Shown: positions 31,502 to 42,036 of the stretch, piece after piece
How the letters are laid out: each line of letters opens with the position of its first letter
Numbering within the stretch: the stretch's first letter is position 1
Origin: an uncultured Chthonomonadaceae bacterium
GTDB lineage: Bacteria; Armatimonadota; Chthonomonadetes; Chthonomonadales; Chthonomonadaceae
Length of the DNA stretch: 64,000 nt
NCBI GenBank assembly: GCA_963835065.1
Contig: CAWIEK010000037.1
Span: 1-64,000 of the forward strand
Reading direction: 5' to 3'
The notes under the pieces: generated by a model
The model's database searches: none
Told to the model about the DNA's origin: nothing
What the model saw: the letters and a program-made list of their open reading frames with translations, nothing else
Translations under genes and position numbers: made by a program

Positions 31502-34500
31502 ATGGTGACTCGTTCGGGGTGGCGCGTGTTTGTACTGCTGACGCTGTTTTTCGGCGTTTTGCCCGGCTGGGCGCAAACGCCCGCGCAGCAGGTGAAGAAA
31601 CCGAATTTTGATGTTCATATCTATCGCCGCGCCGGTACGCCGGATGAAAAGATCACGCTGAACCTGAGCGCGTTCAACGAGAAGACCATTGCGTTCAGCG
31701 TGTATCGGCTGGCGCTGCCGCCTCTCGTGCCGACAAGCAAGGCGCTGGAAAACTTCGGCAAACAAATTCAGGCCGTCAATGTGGCGCGACTGCCTGCCGT
31801 CAAGTCATGGACATTCGGCATGGGCAAAATCTATCCCGATCAGTGGACGGAGCGGCAGGTTGCGGTTCCGCATTTGCCGCCGGGAACGTATTTGGTACGG
31901 GCCAAATCAGGCAATGTGGAAAAACGCACATGGTTTGCCGTGACTACCATCGCCCTGCTTGCCAAGCGCTCGCGGCAGGAATTGCTTGTTTACGCCACCA
32001 ATGCCCATTCCGGGCAGCCTGTTTCCGGCTTGCAGTTGGACACGACGGATGCGGGCGGCAGGCGGGCCATGAACCGAACGGATCGGCAGGGCATCTGCCG
32101 CTTTCCCTGCGAAGCGGCGCAGGCGAACACCTGGGTGTATGGCGAACGCAATGGCTCGCCCGCGTTCGTGCTGTCGGGCGCTCCCCCGCCGCCCGAACCC
32201 TATGCCGTTTATGTTGTTACCGACCGTCCGGTCTATCGCCCCGGTCACAAAGCGCAGTTCAAGGGAACCGTTCGGCAGCGTTTCGAGGGGGATGCGCCCG
32301 GCGGGTTTACCTACAGCGTGTTTGCCAACAAAGCCTTGAACGTCGAAATACGCGACGCGACGGACGCCCTGCTGTCGCGCCAAACCGTCACGACAAACGC
32401 GAATGGTTCCTTTGACGGCAATTTTCAACTGGCAAGTGAGCCGACACTGGGCAACTGGCAGATATGTATCGCCATCGGCGCGTACCGGGCGTATGGCGCG
32501 TTCAGCGTCGAAGCGTACCGCAAGCCGGAATTCACGACGGAAATAAAATTCGCGCAGCCGCACTATTTGGGCGGCACAAAAGTTCCCGTCACCATTGACA
32601 CAAGGTACTATTTCGGCCAGCCGGTCAATGGCGCGTCCGTCGCGTACACCATTCAATTTCAGCCCGAATACAGCGGCGGCATGGGCAGTGAGGGAACGCC
32701 CGCGATCCCGGAGCCGCCGTTCAACGGGCAGGGCATTACGGACGCGCAGGGACAACTGAAACTGGAAATCCAAACCCAACGGCTTCCGCTCAATCGCCGC
32801 CTGCTGATTCACGCCACCGTCACCGACCTGAGCCGGCGTTCGCAGCAGGCGGACGGCAGCGCATTGGTGACGGGCGGCATGTTCCACTTGCGGCTGGAAA
32901 CGGACAAGAGCGTGTACCGCGCCGGTGAGCGCCTGACTGTCACCGTTCATGCCGAAGATTACGACGGCAAGCCTGTTGCCACGCCCGCCCGTGTCCATCT
33001 GATCGAAACCAAGTATGACCGCAGCCACCGCCCTTACAAGGAAACAACCACGCGCCCGGTCGCCACCAATGCAGGCGGCGTCGGCGCAACGGAGTTTACG
33101 CCGCCCCGTCCCGGCTATCTGCTGCTGTCCATAGAAACGTTCGACACCGACCACAACAAAATCCAAGCGCAATTGTACGTCTGGATCGCCGGCGACGAAG
33201 CCGAAACCTACGATTACCCCACGCTCAACGTCCTGCCCGACAAAACAACCTACAAACCGGGCGAAACGGCAACACTGCTGCTCAACACGTCCCTAATCAC
33301 GCCAAAAACAGCAACGATCCAAACGGCAAACGCAACCCAACCCAACGCCCAACGCCGCCAACCTAATCGCCGCCGCCGCCAATCACCAATCCCCAATCGA
33401 AAATCGAAAATCGAGAATCGCCAGGCCTGGGCTTTGGTCACAGTGGAAGGCGAACGCCTGTATGCCGCCCGCGTGGTTCCCATTTCCAGTCGCTCCACCA
33501 TGCTTCAGGTTCCGCTTGCGGGCAATTACTTTCCCTCCGTTGAAGTAAACGTCATGCTCATTCAGGAAAAGCAAACCTATCAGCAGCAGGTGCGGCTGAC
33601 CGTGCAGCGTGACGCGCAAAAACTGAATGTACAGGTGACACCCGACAAGCCGCGCTATCAGCCGGGCGAAACCGCCACCTATACCATTATGACGCGCAAT
33701 TCTGTGGGCGCTCCGGTTCCCGCCGAGATCGGGTTCGGGGTTGTGGACGCCAGCATTTATGCCATTCAGCCGGATCGCGCGCCCAACATCGAAGGGTTTT
33801 TCTACGCGGGGCAGCAGGTACGCATCCAGACTGACTTTTCCTTTGCCGCGCAGTACAGCGGCGGCGCGTTTCAGACCGTGCCGCAGGCCGCGCCCGGTAC
33901 GCCAACCCGCGCCAGTTCAAATATCCGGGTACGGCGGCAGTTTGCGGATACCGCCTATTGGAATCCGTTTGTCGCAACGGACGCGGGCGGCAGGGCGCAA
34001 GTGTCGTTCGTGATGCCTGACAATCTGACGACATGGCGGGCGACGGCGCGGGGAATCACGTCCCAAACCCTCGTCGGCACGGCAACGCAGGACGTGACCG
34101 CAACTATGCCCCTGCTCGTTCGCCTCACCCTGCCTCGCTTTTACGTGCAGGGCGATCAGGCGACCGTATCGGCTATTGTCCACAACTACACGGGTACGGA
34201 GCGCGAAGTCCGGGCGCGTATCGAAACAACCGGAGCCGACCTGGAAGGAGCAGGCGAACGAACCTTGCGCCTTGCCTCGAACAGCGAGCAACGGCTGGAC
34301 TGGACAGCGCACATCCGCAAAACAGCGGGCAGCGCTTCCACTCCCATCCGGTTTCTCGTCACCGCGGATGGCGGCACAGGCGCTCAGGACGCGATGGAAC
34401 TGACCCTGCCCGCGCAGGAAGATGGCGTAAAGCAGGTCGAGTCGAAAGCCGACGCGCTGGACGATACCGGCGAAGTGTACGCCAAAGACCTGTCGCAATT

Positions 34501-36106
34501 GCCGCCCAACGCAACTGTAACCCTGACGCTTGCGCCCTCCATTGCCGCCGCCACGCTGGACGCGCTGGACTATCTGACTTCCTATCCTTACGGCTGCGCC
34601 GAGCAAACGATGAGTTCGTTCCTGCCCGATGTGATCGTGTCCCGCGCATTAAAGCGGCTGGGTTCCACGCGCGCCACGCATCCTAATCTGGCGCAGTGGG
34701 TCAATCTGGGCCTGCAAAAACTGTACCGCTATCAGCACCCGGACGGCGGCTGGAACTGGTGGGAGTTCGACCAGACGGACGGCGATATGACCGCGTATGT
34801 GCTGTGGGGATTGGTACAGGCAAGGGATGCGGGGTACATCGTGGACGAGCAGCGCATTTTGCGCGGCACGGAAGCGCTATTGCGCCTGCTGAACGGCGAA
34901 CAGGAATGGAACAAACGCGCCGACTGGCTGCTCACCCTGTCGTATGCCGCCCCAACCCGAATTATCGCGCCCCTGACCAACCTGTACGACAACCGCGAAA
35001 AATTGGACACGTACAGCCTCGCGTCCCTGTGCCTAGCGCTGTCGCAGGAAAACGGTGTTACGCTGAACAATCCCGGCGCTGCCAACAACCCAGGCCTGCT
35101 TCCCGGCGCGGTTCTGCCCAATTTCCGCATGATTGCCGGGGGCGTCGCGCAGGAATTGGAAAGCAAAGTGATGGAGCAGGGCACAACCGCGCATTGGCCG
35201 GCGGCAGTCGGCGGGTACACGTGGCGCAACGATGACGTGGAAGTGACGGCGCGGGTTGTACGGGCATTGCTGACAGCCCGCCCGCGCAGTCCTTTACTGC
35301 CCAAAGCCATCCGCTGGCTGATGGGCAATCGCGTGGGCAAAGCATGGGGTTCCACGCGCAGCAGCGCGGAAGCGGTTTTCGCGCTGGCGCAATGGATGGA
35401 GCAATCCAATGAACTGCATCCCGCGTTTCAAGCGACGGTAAAACTCGACGGGCAGGCATTACAGCAATTCGCGCCCACAAACGCGCAGGTTTTCGACGCG
35501 CCCCTGACCGTCACGCTCACGCCCGCCCAATACGCCGGGAAGAGGACGCTGACGATTGACAAGCAGGGCGCGGGCAGGCTGTATGTCACGACAACCATAA
35601 CTCATGCCGTGCCTTCCGAAGAAGCGCGTCCGCTTGCGCGGGGCATCGGGGTGCATCGCTCGTACCGCATACAGGCCGAAGACCCGTCACAGGCGGGCAG
35701 CGTAGCCTCCGGGGAAACGATTGAGGTTCAGGTGGAGATTACCGCTGAGGCCGATTACCGCTATGCAATGGTGGAAGAGCCGCTTCCCGCCGGCTGCGAA
35801 GTGGAACCCGGCGACGAGCAGTTCCGGCCTGCCGGCCTTGTTTATGAGGGGAGTGGCGGTGGCTATGGCAGCTACGGCAACGGTTATGGGAGCAACGGCG
35901 GTGGTTATGCGCGGCAGGAAACCCATGACAACCGCGTTGTCTTCTTCTTCGACGCGCTGCCCAAAGGCAAAACGCGCCTGACCTATCGCCTTCACGCCGA
36001 AACGCCCGGCCTGTACCGCATTTTGCCCGGCATCGCGTCCTTAGTCTACTTCCCCGAAGTGCGCGGGAATGGCCTGCCCGTCCACGCCCGCATCACGGAA
36101 AGGTAA
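31502..36106 (+). CDS. Bacterial alpha-2-macroglobulin family protein
   Basis: TDRPVYRPG, YRKPEF, RRQFADTAYW, MPDNLTTW, thioester YPYGCAEQT, YQHPDGGW, YFPEVRG. Confidence 0.95.
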   Translation: MVTRSGWRVFVLLTLFFGVLPGWAQTPAQQVKKPNFDVHIYRRAGTPDEKITLNLSAFNEKTIAFSVYRLALPPLVPTSKALENFGKQIQAVNVARLPAVKSWTFGMGKIYPDQWTERQVAVPHLPPGTYLVRAKSGNVEKRTWFAVTTIALLAKRSRQELLVYATNAHSGQPVSGLQLDTTDAGGRRAMNRTDRQGICRFPCEAAQANTWVYGERNGSPAFVLSGAPPPPEPYAVYVVTDRPVYRPGHKAQFKGTVRQRFEGDAPGGFTYSVFANKALNVEIRDATDALLSRQTVTTNANGSFDGNFQLASEPTLGNWQICIAIGAYRAYGAFSVEAYRKPEFTTEIKFAQPHYLGGTKVPVTIDTRYYFGQPVNGASVAYTIQFQPEYSGGMGSEGTPAIPEPPFNGQGITDAQGQLKLEIQTQRLPLNRRLLIHATVTDLSRRSQQADGSALVTGGMFHLRLETDKSVYRAGERLTVTVHAEDYDGKPVATPARVHLIETKYDRSHRPYKETTTRPVATNAGGVGATEFTPPRPGYLLLSIETFDTDHNKIQAQLYVWIAGDEAETYDYPTLNVLPDKTTYKPGETATLLLNTSLITPKTATIQTANATQPNAQRRQPNRRRRQSPIPNRKSKIENRQAWALVTVEGERLYAARVVPISSRSTMLQVPLAGNYFPSVEVNVMLIQEKQTYQQQVRLTVQRDAQKLNVQVTPDKPRYQPGETATYTIMTRNSVGAPVPAEIGFGVVDASIYAIQPDRAPNIEGFFYAGQQVRIQTDFSFAAQYSGGAFQTVPQAAPGTPTRASSNIRVRRQFADTAYWNPFVATDAGGRAQVSFVMPDNLTTWRATARGITSQTLVGTATQDVTATMPLLVRLTLPRFYVQGDQATVSAIVHNYTGTEREVRARIETTGADLEGAGERTLRLASNSEQRLDWTAHIRKTAGSASTPIRFLVTADGGTGAQDAMELTLPAQEDGVKQVESKADALDDTGEVYAKDLSQLPPNATVTLTLAPSIAAATLDALDYLTSYPYGCAEQTMSSFLPDVIVSRALKRLGSTRATHPNLAQWVNLGLQKLYRYQHPDGGWNWWEFDQTDGDMTAYVLWGLVQARDAGYIVDEQRILRGTEALLRLLNGEQEWNKRADWLLTLSYAAPTRIIAPLTNLYDNREKLDTYSLASLCLALSQENGVTLNNPGAANNPGLLPGAVLPNFRMIAGGVAQELESKVMEQGTTAHWPAAVGGYTWRNDDVEVTARVVRALLTARPRSPLLPKAIRWLMGNRVGKAWGSTRSSAEAVFALAQWMEQSNELHPAFQATVKLDGQALQQFAPTNAQVFDAPLTVTLTPAQYAGKRTLTIDKQGAGRLYVTTTITHAVPSEEARPLARGIGVHRSYRIQAEDPSQAGSVASGETIEVQVEITAEADYRYAMVEEPLPAGCEVEPGDEQFRPAGLVYEGSGGGYGSYGNGYGSNGGGYARQETHDNRVVFFFDALPKGKTRLTYRLHAETPGLYRILPGIASLVYFPEVRGNGLPVHARITER

Positions 36107-36132
36107 CGGCACAGCATAGAAAGGAAGAACAA

Positions 36133-36684
36133 ATGAAATGGCAAGGTTTCGCCTGTGTGGGAATATTGACTGCGCTTTTAGGCTGCGCTCCACTTCACGC
36201 GGCGGAAACGGAAGCGGCTGTCAATGTCGGCAGCATTGCGCCCCTGTTTACCCTCCCGGATGTGAAGGGCAAAACGTTCGAATTGCAGGCGCAGCGGGGT
36301 GAGATCGTTGTGCTGAATTTTTGGGCGTTCTGGTGCGACACATGGAAGGCGGAACTGCCGCATTTGAAAACCCTGTCGGCGCGGCAGAAAGAAATGGGTT
36401 TCCGGCTGATTGCCCTGAGCGTGGATGGAACGCGCCTGCGCGAGTTTATGAACATCACGGGCGGCAATCTGCCGTTTCCCGTATTGCTCGATCCGGGCGG
36501 CAGTATCAGCCGCCAATACCAGATCGCGCATGTCCCAACGGTGATTATTCTGGATAAGGAGGGTAAAATACGGTATCGAACGTTCGGCTATCCCGGCAAC
36601 GATGCCGTTCTGCACGAAATTACCCGCATTACGAGTGACGGCGTTTCCCGGCAGGCGAGCAAAATCAAGGTACGTAGCAAGTAG
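36133..36684 (+). CDS. Exported TlpA/redoxin-family protein (CxxW)
   Basis: APLFTLPD, LNFWAFWCDTWKAELP, VPTVIILDKEG. Confidence 0.88.
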   Translation: MKWQGFACVGILTALLGCAPLHAAETEAAVNVGSIAPLFTLPDVKGKTFELQAQRGEIVVLNFWAFWCDTWKAELPHLKTLSARQKEMGFRLIALSVDGTRLREFMNITGGNLPFPVLLDPGGSISRQYQIAHVPTVIILDKEGKIRYRTFGYPGNDAVLHEITRITSDGVSRQASKIKVRSK

Positions 36685-36698
36685 GTAAGGAGAAACGT

Positions 36699-37379
36699 AT
36701 GCGCAATGTTCCACAAAGCCACAAGGCTGGATTTCTGTTTGTACTGTTGATGGTTGTGGCGGGGGCTGTCACGGCACAAACGGCAGCGGGGCATCATCGC
36801 CCCCTTGTGGTCGGCTGGCATGATGAGTTCAACATGCTGGATAATTGGGCGCCCTGGACGGCCTTCGGAAGTTTCGACATCCTGCGCGGCGACGTGGGCA
36901 AGCTGACCGTCGTGATGGGAAAAACGGCGATGCGCGATGCCAATTTCAACAACTACCGCGCCGGTGTGTATCAGGATTTCGATGTTGATTTGGCGAAGTA
37001 CCCGGTTGTCGCCATCCATGTGCTTCGGATGCAGAATGCGGCGACCTGGGATGCGCAAGTAGGCGAGTATCGGGATGAAGCATTACCGGAGGCACATGAT
37101 ACGTCTCATGGAGGAGGCGTGGCGCGTCCGGGAAATCCGAAACAGTTGGTTATGGACTCTATCGGGGATTGCGGCGCACAGCAAAAGCCCGGCTTAGTTT
37201 TTATTTCTTTGTCTCCAACGTCTTACGGCAGCAAAGGCAGACAGCATGTTCGCCTGTTGCTCAATGCGAACGGTCCGCGCCAGAGTTACGTTGATTTTGC
37301 CTGGGTGCGGTTTATTCGGCGGGAAGACGTGGCGCATTTGCGCTCACATCCTGAAACTGCGCTTGTTGTTACACCCTGA
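36699..37379 (+). CDS. Secreted hypothetical protein
   Basis: AGGAG RBS, signal peptide, continues the operon. Confidence 0.7.
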   Translation: MRNVPQSHKAGFLFVLLMVVAGAVTAQTAAGHHRPLVVGWHDEFNMLDNWAPWTAFGSFDILRGDVGKLTVVMGKTAMRDANFNNYRAGVYQDFDVDLAKYPVVAIHVLRMQNAATWDAQVGEYRDEALPEAHDTSHGGGVARPGNPKQLVMDSIGDCGAQQKPGLVFISLSPTSYGSKGRQHVRLLLNANGPRQSYVDFAWVRFIRREDVAHLRSHPETALVVTP

Positions 37380-37439
37380 AGGGCATCCTGCGCTTCACTG
37401 ACGATGAAATAAATGGATATATGAAAGGAGTGTTTCGCC

Positions 37440-38099
37440 ATGATTGCAGAAGCTGTCGCTCTAGCCCCTGTGCCGCTTGCCGTTCCTGCGCCGACTGTTG
37501 CCTCCTTGCCGCCTGCTCCAAAGATAACGGTGCAGCAATATTTGGAAATGGAGCGCAAATCGGAAGTTCGGCACGAATATGTGAATGGAAAGATTATCGA
37601 AATGGCAGGCGAGTCCCCCACGCACAACCGTATTGCTGGAAACATATATCGTCATCTTGGCAACCGATTTGAAGATCAACCCTGTGACGTGTTTATCGAA
37701 GGCATCCGTGTACGGGTTACGCCGACGCAGTACCGCTATCCTGATGTGGTTGCATTATGCGGCGAGGCGCAATTCGACGCCACAAGGCCACCCGCCCTGC
37801 TCAACCCCGGCGTTATTTTTGAAGTGCTGTCGCCAACAACCGAGCAAGAAGACCGTGACGAAAAGTGGACGGAGTACCAACAACTGCCGAGCGTAACGGA
37901 CTATGTTCTGGTTTCGCAGAATGTCGTTCAGGTAATCCATTACGTCCGTGTTTCCGATACACATTGGACAATTACGATCTACCACGACCTGCAAAATGCG
38001 CTGACGCTGGCTTCGCTGAACACCACTTTGCCCCTTGCCGACGTTTACCGCAAGATTGTTTTCCCCACAGTGGAAGCGCCCGCTGCAACAGACGGGTAA
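37440..38099 (+). CDS. Uma2 (DUF820) family endonuclease
   Basis: RHEYVNG..EMAG.SP.HN, YPDVV, FEVLSPTT..DR.EK..YQQLPS..YVLVSQ. Confidence 0.95.
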   Translation: MIAEAVALAPVPLAVPAPTVASLPPAPKITVQQYLEMERKSEVRHEYVNGKIIEMAGESPTHNRIAGNIYRHLGNRFEDQPCDVFIEGIRVRVTPTQYRYPDVVALCGEAQFDATRPPALLNPGVIFEVLSPTTEQEDRDEKWTEYQQLPSVTDYVLVSQNVVQVIHYVRVSDTHWTITIYHDLQNALTLASLNTTLPLADVYRKIVFPTVEAPAATDG

Positions 38100-38123
38100 A
38101 CGTTCCTGCATCGTATGAAAATG

Positions 38124-38185
38124 CCTGAACACCCAATACCGAATACCCAATACCGAATACCGGAACACAGGAACACCTGAACACC
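38124..38185. repeat. Heptamer/octamer repeat tract between convergent genes
   Basis: CCTGAACACCCAATACCGAATACCCAATACCGAATACCGGAACACAGGAACACCTGAACACC. Confidence 0.75.
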
Positions 38186-38200
38186 GGTTTTTAGATTCGG

Positions 38201-39920
38201 CTATTTCCGTTCGTGCGCGCCGATGTCGTACTCCCTGCCGTTGGGCAGATGGTCGCCGAAAAAGTCCTCTTCGCCAACATGGATGCCGTAATAAATAGGA
38301 AGATGAACCCCGGCGTTGATGAGGGGCGATTTGGCCGTAAGCCGGTAAGCGTCGAGTTTATGGAGAATATCTGCGTTGTTGAGCGTGGGAGCCATGCCGG
38401 GATGGACGAGCAGCGGGTCTACTTCCAAGCCAACGGCCTTATCTGCGCCTTCTCTTTCACTACCTCTGTTATCGCCGCTTGTCTTGTCACCGCTTATCTT
38501 GTCACCACTGGCCTTGCTGCTGTTCCGCGCTGATTTGCCTTCCTGTCGCGTGGCGAGTTGAAAAGCGTTCAGACTGCCATACGTAACGCCGTTCCACGTC
38601 AGTTGAAACCGGTCGCCGCTGCTCCAATACGCATTGCCGCGCAGCAGAACGTCCGCCTCCCTGCTTTTCTCCAGCAATGGTACACCGCCCGTCGTCAGCA
38701 GAATGTTGTTGAAACAGCGAATGTTTCTGCCGCCGCTGACAATCAGGGCGCAGGGAGATGCGCCGGACATGGAATTGGCGGCAGGGCTGGTAAACAGCGT
38801 GTTGTTGTAAACGTTGACATCGCGTACATCGCCGCCAACGAAAATACCGCTGTAATGGTGTTTGCGCCCATCGTTCTGGCTGATATTGTAGCGGACGGTG
38901 TTGGCGCGAAACGTGTACGGCGCGTCGGGGTAGGTGTAAATCAGGTAGCCCGCGCCCTCATTGTCGTGGGAATAGTTGTATTGCAGAGTGGAGTTGGTGA
39001 CGCCGCCATCGAAATCGAAGCCGCCGCCATCAAGGGATTGGTCACTTGTCCGGTTGTGGTGGGACTCGCAATGCTGTATGGTGATGTTGTTACAGGCCGC
39101 CGCCCAAATCCCAATCGGCCCGCCAAGTTTGCACGGACACAAGGCTCCATTATCATGCGCCACGCAGCGGTCAATCAGGCCGCCATCTACAAATTCCAAA
39201 AAAATGCCGCTCCCGGAATGGTTGGCGATAAATTTCGGGTCGCCGGGATTGTCATAGGCCACGCAATGGTCAACGATCACATTCGCGTTGGCATAGCGCG
39301 TGGCATGGGTATCAAACACGCCGGTCACGTAAATGCCCGTATAAGCATTGTCATGCGCGACGCAGCGAAGGAGGCGAACGTCGCCGTACCCGCTCTGGCT
39401 TTTGTCGGACGCCGCGCCTTCTATTAAAATGCCGTGCCTGCCGAAACCCTGCGCTTCCACATTCGTCGCGCGAACGTAGGCCAGGCGCTTATTCCCTGGC
39501 AGTTCGTTGCGAAAAACCAATCCACTGCCCCGGTTGGCTTCCCGCCCCGCGCCCATGATAACAAGATTGCTGACGCTCCATCCGCCCGCGTTGCGAATCA
39601 AAACGCCCGTGCCGTTCCCGGCGTTGATGACGGCGCGGCCTTTGCCATAGGAGGTAAGCGCAATCGGCTTTAGCTTCGGTTCCCGCCCCATGCAGTTCCA
39701 TACCCCCCGGAAACGTGTCACCCCCATGCAGCAGGACGCGATCCCCGGCCTGAAACGTCTGCCTGCTGACCTGCGCCAATGTTTGCCACGCCCGCCCCGG
39801 CGCGGTTCCCGCTTCCGTATCGCTGCCGTTCGCGCTGACATAGTAATCCGCCGCCCCCGCTCCAACACTTACTCCCAAAGCCCACCACAACCCAAGTACA
39901 ATCGCCCAAATCCTGCGCAT
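38201..39920 (-). CDS. Secreted right-handed parallel beta-helix protein (frameshift near 39670)
   Basis: YYVSANGSD...PGRAWQTL, DGGGFDFDGGVTNSTLQYNYSHDNEG, SPLINAG, DIGAHE. Confidence 0.88.
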
Positions 39921-40166
39921 GTTTCCGGCTCCTCTGCATTGATATTCTGCTATGGAGAACCAAAAACCTCTTTTGCAGGCAAGTTTTCACGCTCCAATTG
40001 ATTCTTCTCATCCAATGAGGGGCACAAATTAGATTCGTTAGCCGTCGCTCACTTGACATCAATACCAAAAGTCTGTAATATATTCCATAGCGCATTTTGT
40101 AATTCCATGCGTCTCCTGTATCCGCCTCTGATGTTCCGAGAGGCGTTAAAATGCAAAGGTACAAAC

Positions 40167-40433
40167 ATGACCTTGACGATTGACTTGCCCGATGAACTGG
40201 CCTCTCGACTAAGTGCGCTTCTGCCCGCAGAAGAGCGTGGACGCTTTGCCGTTTCCGCAATTGCCGATGCGCTTCTCGCTCAAGAGCGTGACTCCGCCGA
40301 ATGTATTGCCGCAGTCGAGGAGGCATTTATTGATGTAGATAAGGGCCGCACCATCTCCTTTGAAGAAGAAGAAGCGCGTTGGCAGCTGCAAAAGACCGCG
40401 TTGCTGACGAAGACTGGCGTTCATGTGGCATGA
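40167..40433 (+). CDS. ParD-like antitoxin
   Basis: MTLTIDLPDEL...AFIDVDKGRTISFEE; ATGA overlap with the toxin. Confidence 0.8.
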   Translation: MTLTIDLPDELASRLSALLPAEERGRFAVSAIADALLAQERDSAECIAAVEEAFIDVDKGRTISFEEEEARWQLQKTALLTKTGVHVA

Positions 40434-40828
40434 GCGATACAGAAGACAAAGACGAACCAACGCGGACTTATGCGTTGCGTGTTACCCAACGCGCTCAACG
40501 TGATCTGGACGCGGCAACCGTTTATTTCGCTGAAACCGCTTCACCGGAGATTGCTGTCATGTGGCGTGAAGGGATATACGCGGAGTTGGCTTCGCTTGCC
40601 ACATTTCCGCGCCGTTGTCCGCGTGTACCGGAGCAATTCCATCGTGAGGTGCGCCAACTTTTGTACCGCCGCTCTGGAAGTCAGACAGCCTATCGTATCC
40701 TGTTTGCTATTGCCGGCGAAGAGGAAACATCACCGGATGCGCCGACTGTAATTATTCTTCATGTCCGTCACACCGCCGCTCGTCCCATAACACGAACACA
40801 AGTTCGTATAATCGAGGCAGAGCAATAA
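40430..40828 (+). CDS. ParE/RelE-family toxin
   Basis: RVTQRAQRDL...SLATFPRRCP...YRILF...VIILHVRH. Confidence 0.88.
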   Translation: MSDTEDKDEPTRTYALRVTQRAQRDLDAATVYFAETASPEIAVMWREGIYAELASLATFPRRCPRVPEQFHREVRQLLYRRSGSQTAYRILFAIAGEEETSPDAPTVIILHVRHTAARPITRTQVRIIEAEQ

Positions 40829-40913
40829 ATGAGACGTGCTGATGCAGGCCACATAAAGCAAAACCAACTGCCATTAGAGTGGGATATTCAGGCAAAGGAA
40901 AGGACCGGTCAGT

Positions 40914-41264
40914 ATGCGTAACAATCACCGATGGAATGAAAACGATGAAATCATAGGTTTGTACCTATACCGATTTGGAGACAAAAGCCTTTCCTACTCT
41001 AAAGAGGAACTAGCAGATAACATCGGCATGGGCTGGGGCAGTATGAGTATGAAGATCTCCAACTTTCGTTATTTAGACGGACAGGGAGGTTTATCAGAAT
41101 ACTCACGCCAATGTGAAAACATCTATTTGCGTTACAAAAATATGCCCAATTCCGAGTTTGCGAAAATCGGAATTGAAGCGGTAGTCAAAGCAATTGGAGA
41201 GTATTGCGAACGTCTCCAATCTTTGTTGTCGCCAACCGCAAAAGCAACGCAGCCAACGGCTTAA
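40914..41264 (+). CDS. AT-rich protein resembling the N-terminal helical domain of McrA-like HNH nucleases
   Basis: W.ENDEIIGLYLY...SMSMKISNFRYLDG..GLSEYS; no HNH motif. Confidence 0.6.
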   Translation: MRNNHRWNENDEIIGLYLYRFGDKSLSYSKEELADNIGMGWGSMSMKISNFRYLDGQGGLSEYSRQCENIYLRYKNMPNSEFAKIGIEAVVKAIGEYCERLQSLLSPTAKATQPTA

Positions 41265-41393
41265 CAATGCTTTACAACTGGCGTGTCGTGCTGAGTAGCA
41301 GATATTCAGAGCCGGAGGAGGCTTCCATGCAATACGTGACACAGGATAAAGACAAAGCAACACACACTTACGTGCAGCGCTTCGAGGTATGAT

Positions 41394-41663
41394 ATGACCT
41401 TTACCATTGACTTAACGGCCTCGGAGGAGGCGTACTTGGTGGCAGCAGCAAAACAGCGAGGGATTGCGCCAGACGAGTTTCTCAAGCAACTTGTAACGAA
41501 CTGCCTGCCGAAACGTGCGGACGCGACCTTTGCAGAAATTTTAGCGCCGGTTCACGAGTACAGCCGAGAACACGGGTATACCGAGGAAGAATTGGACGAG
41601 TTCGTAGAAGCCGAAGTTGCCGCGTATCGTGCCGAACGCCTCCACTGCTGCTGTTTTCAGTAG
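41394..41663 (+). CDS. Antitoxin of a PIN module, 3' end interrupted by an insertion
   Basis: MTFTIDL...AAKQRGI...TFAEILAPV; original tail RAKQKSNAHE* found at 44184-44215. Confidence 0.75.
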   Translation: MTFTIDLTASEEAYLVAAAKQRGIAPDEFLKQLVTNCLPKRADATFAEILAPVHEYSREHGYTEEELDEFVEAEVAAYRAERLHCCCFQ

Positions 41664-41971
41664 CCGCCTTCCAGCCACGAGACGTACAAGTCGTAATAGT
41701 GGGCGAAGTCTTCGGGCAATCCTTCCTCATCTAAATCTTCTACGCCAATCCAGCGCTCTTTGCCTTTTGCCTGCACCTTGCATTGCAGCGTGTCACTGGC
41801 GCCGACTTGAAAGCCGAGGACTTGCACGGGGCTGCCAAGCAGGTTGGCGCGAAACGGCGTTTCCACTTGCTCCAAAAACGTGTTTTCCCACGCGCTCATC
41901 TGCTCGTACTCGCCGTAAGCGTCCGTCAGTATCTCGTCAATCTCGTCGCGCTTTTCGGATGGTTCCGCCAT
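41657..41971 (-). CDS. CcbP-like (calcium-binding family) protein, copy 1
   Basis: EILTDAYGEYEQMSAW...LE...PF.A; acidic; Y..W C-terminus. Confidence 0.65.
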   Translation of the reverse strand: MAEPSEKRDEIDEILTDAYGEYEQMSAWENTFLEQVETPFRANLLGSPVQVLGFQVGASDTLQCKVQAKGKERWIGVEDLDEEGLPEDFAHYYDLYVSWLEGGY

Positions 41972-42036
41972 TTTGCCTCCTGTCCTGTGTTGTTGCCTTG
42001 CGTAGGTGTTTCGTTTATCGGTGTGTACCGGTGGAA

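Noticed and set aside
38455..38515. 15-nt repeat encoding (K.SGD)3 in the beta-helix gene
   Set aside because: Degenerate local loop duplication, unrelated to the 7/9-mer families.
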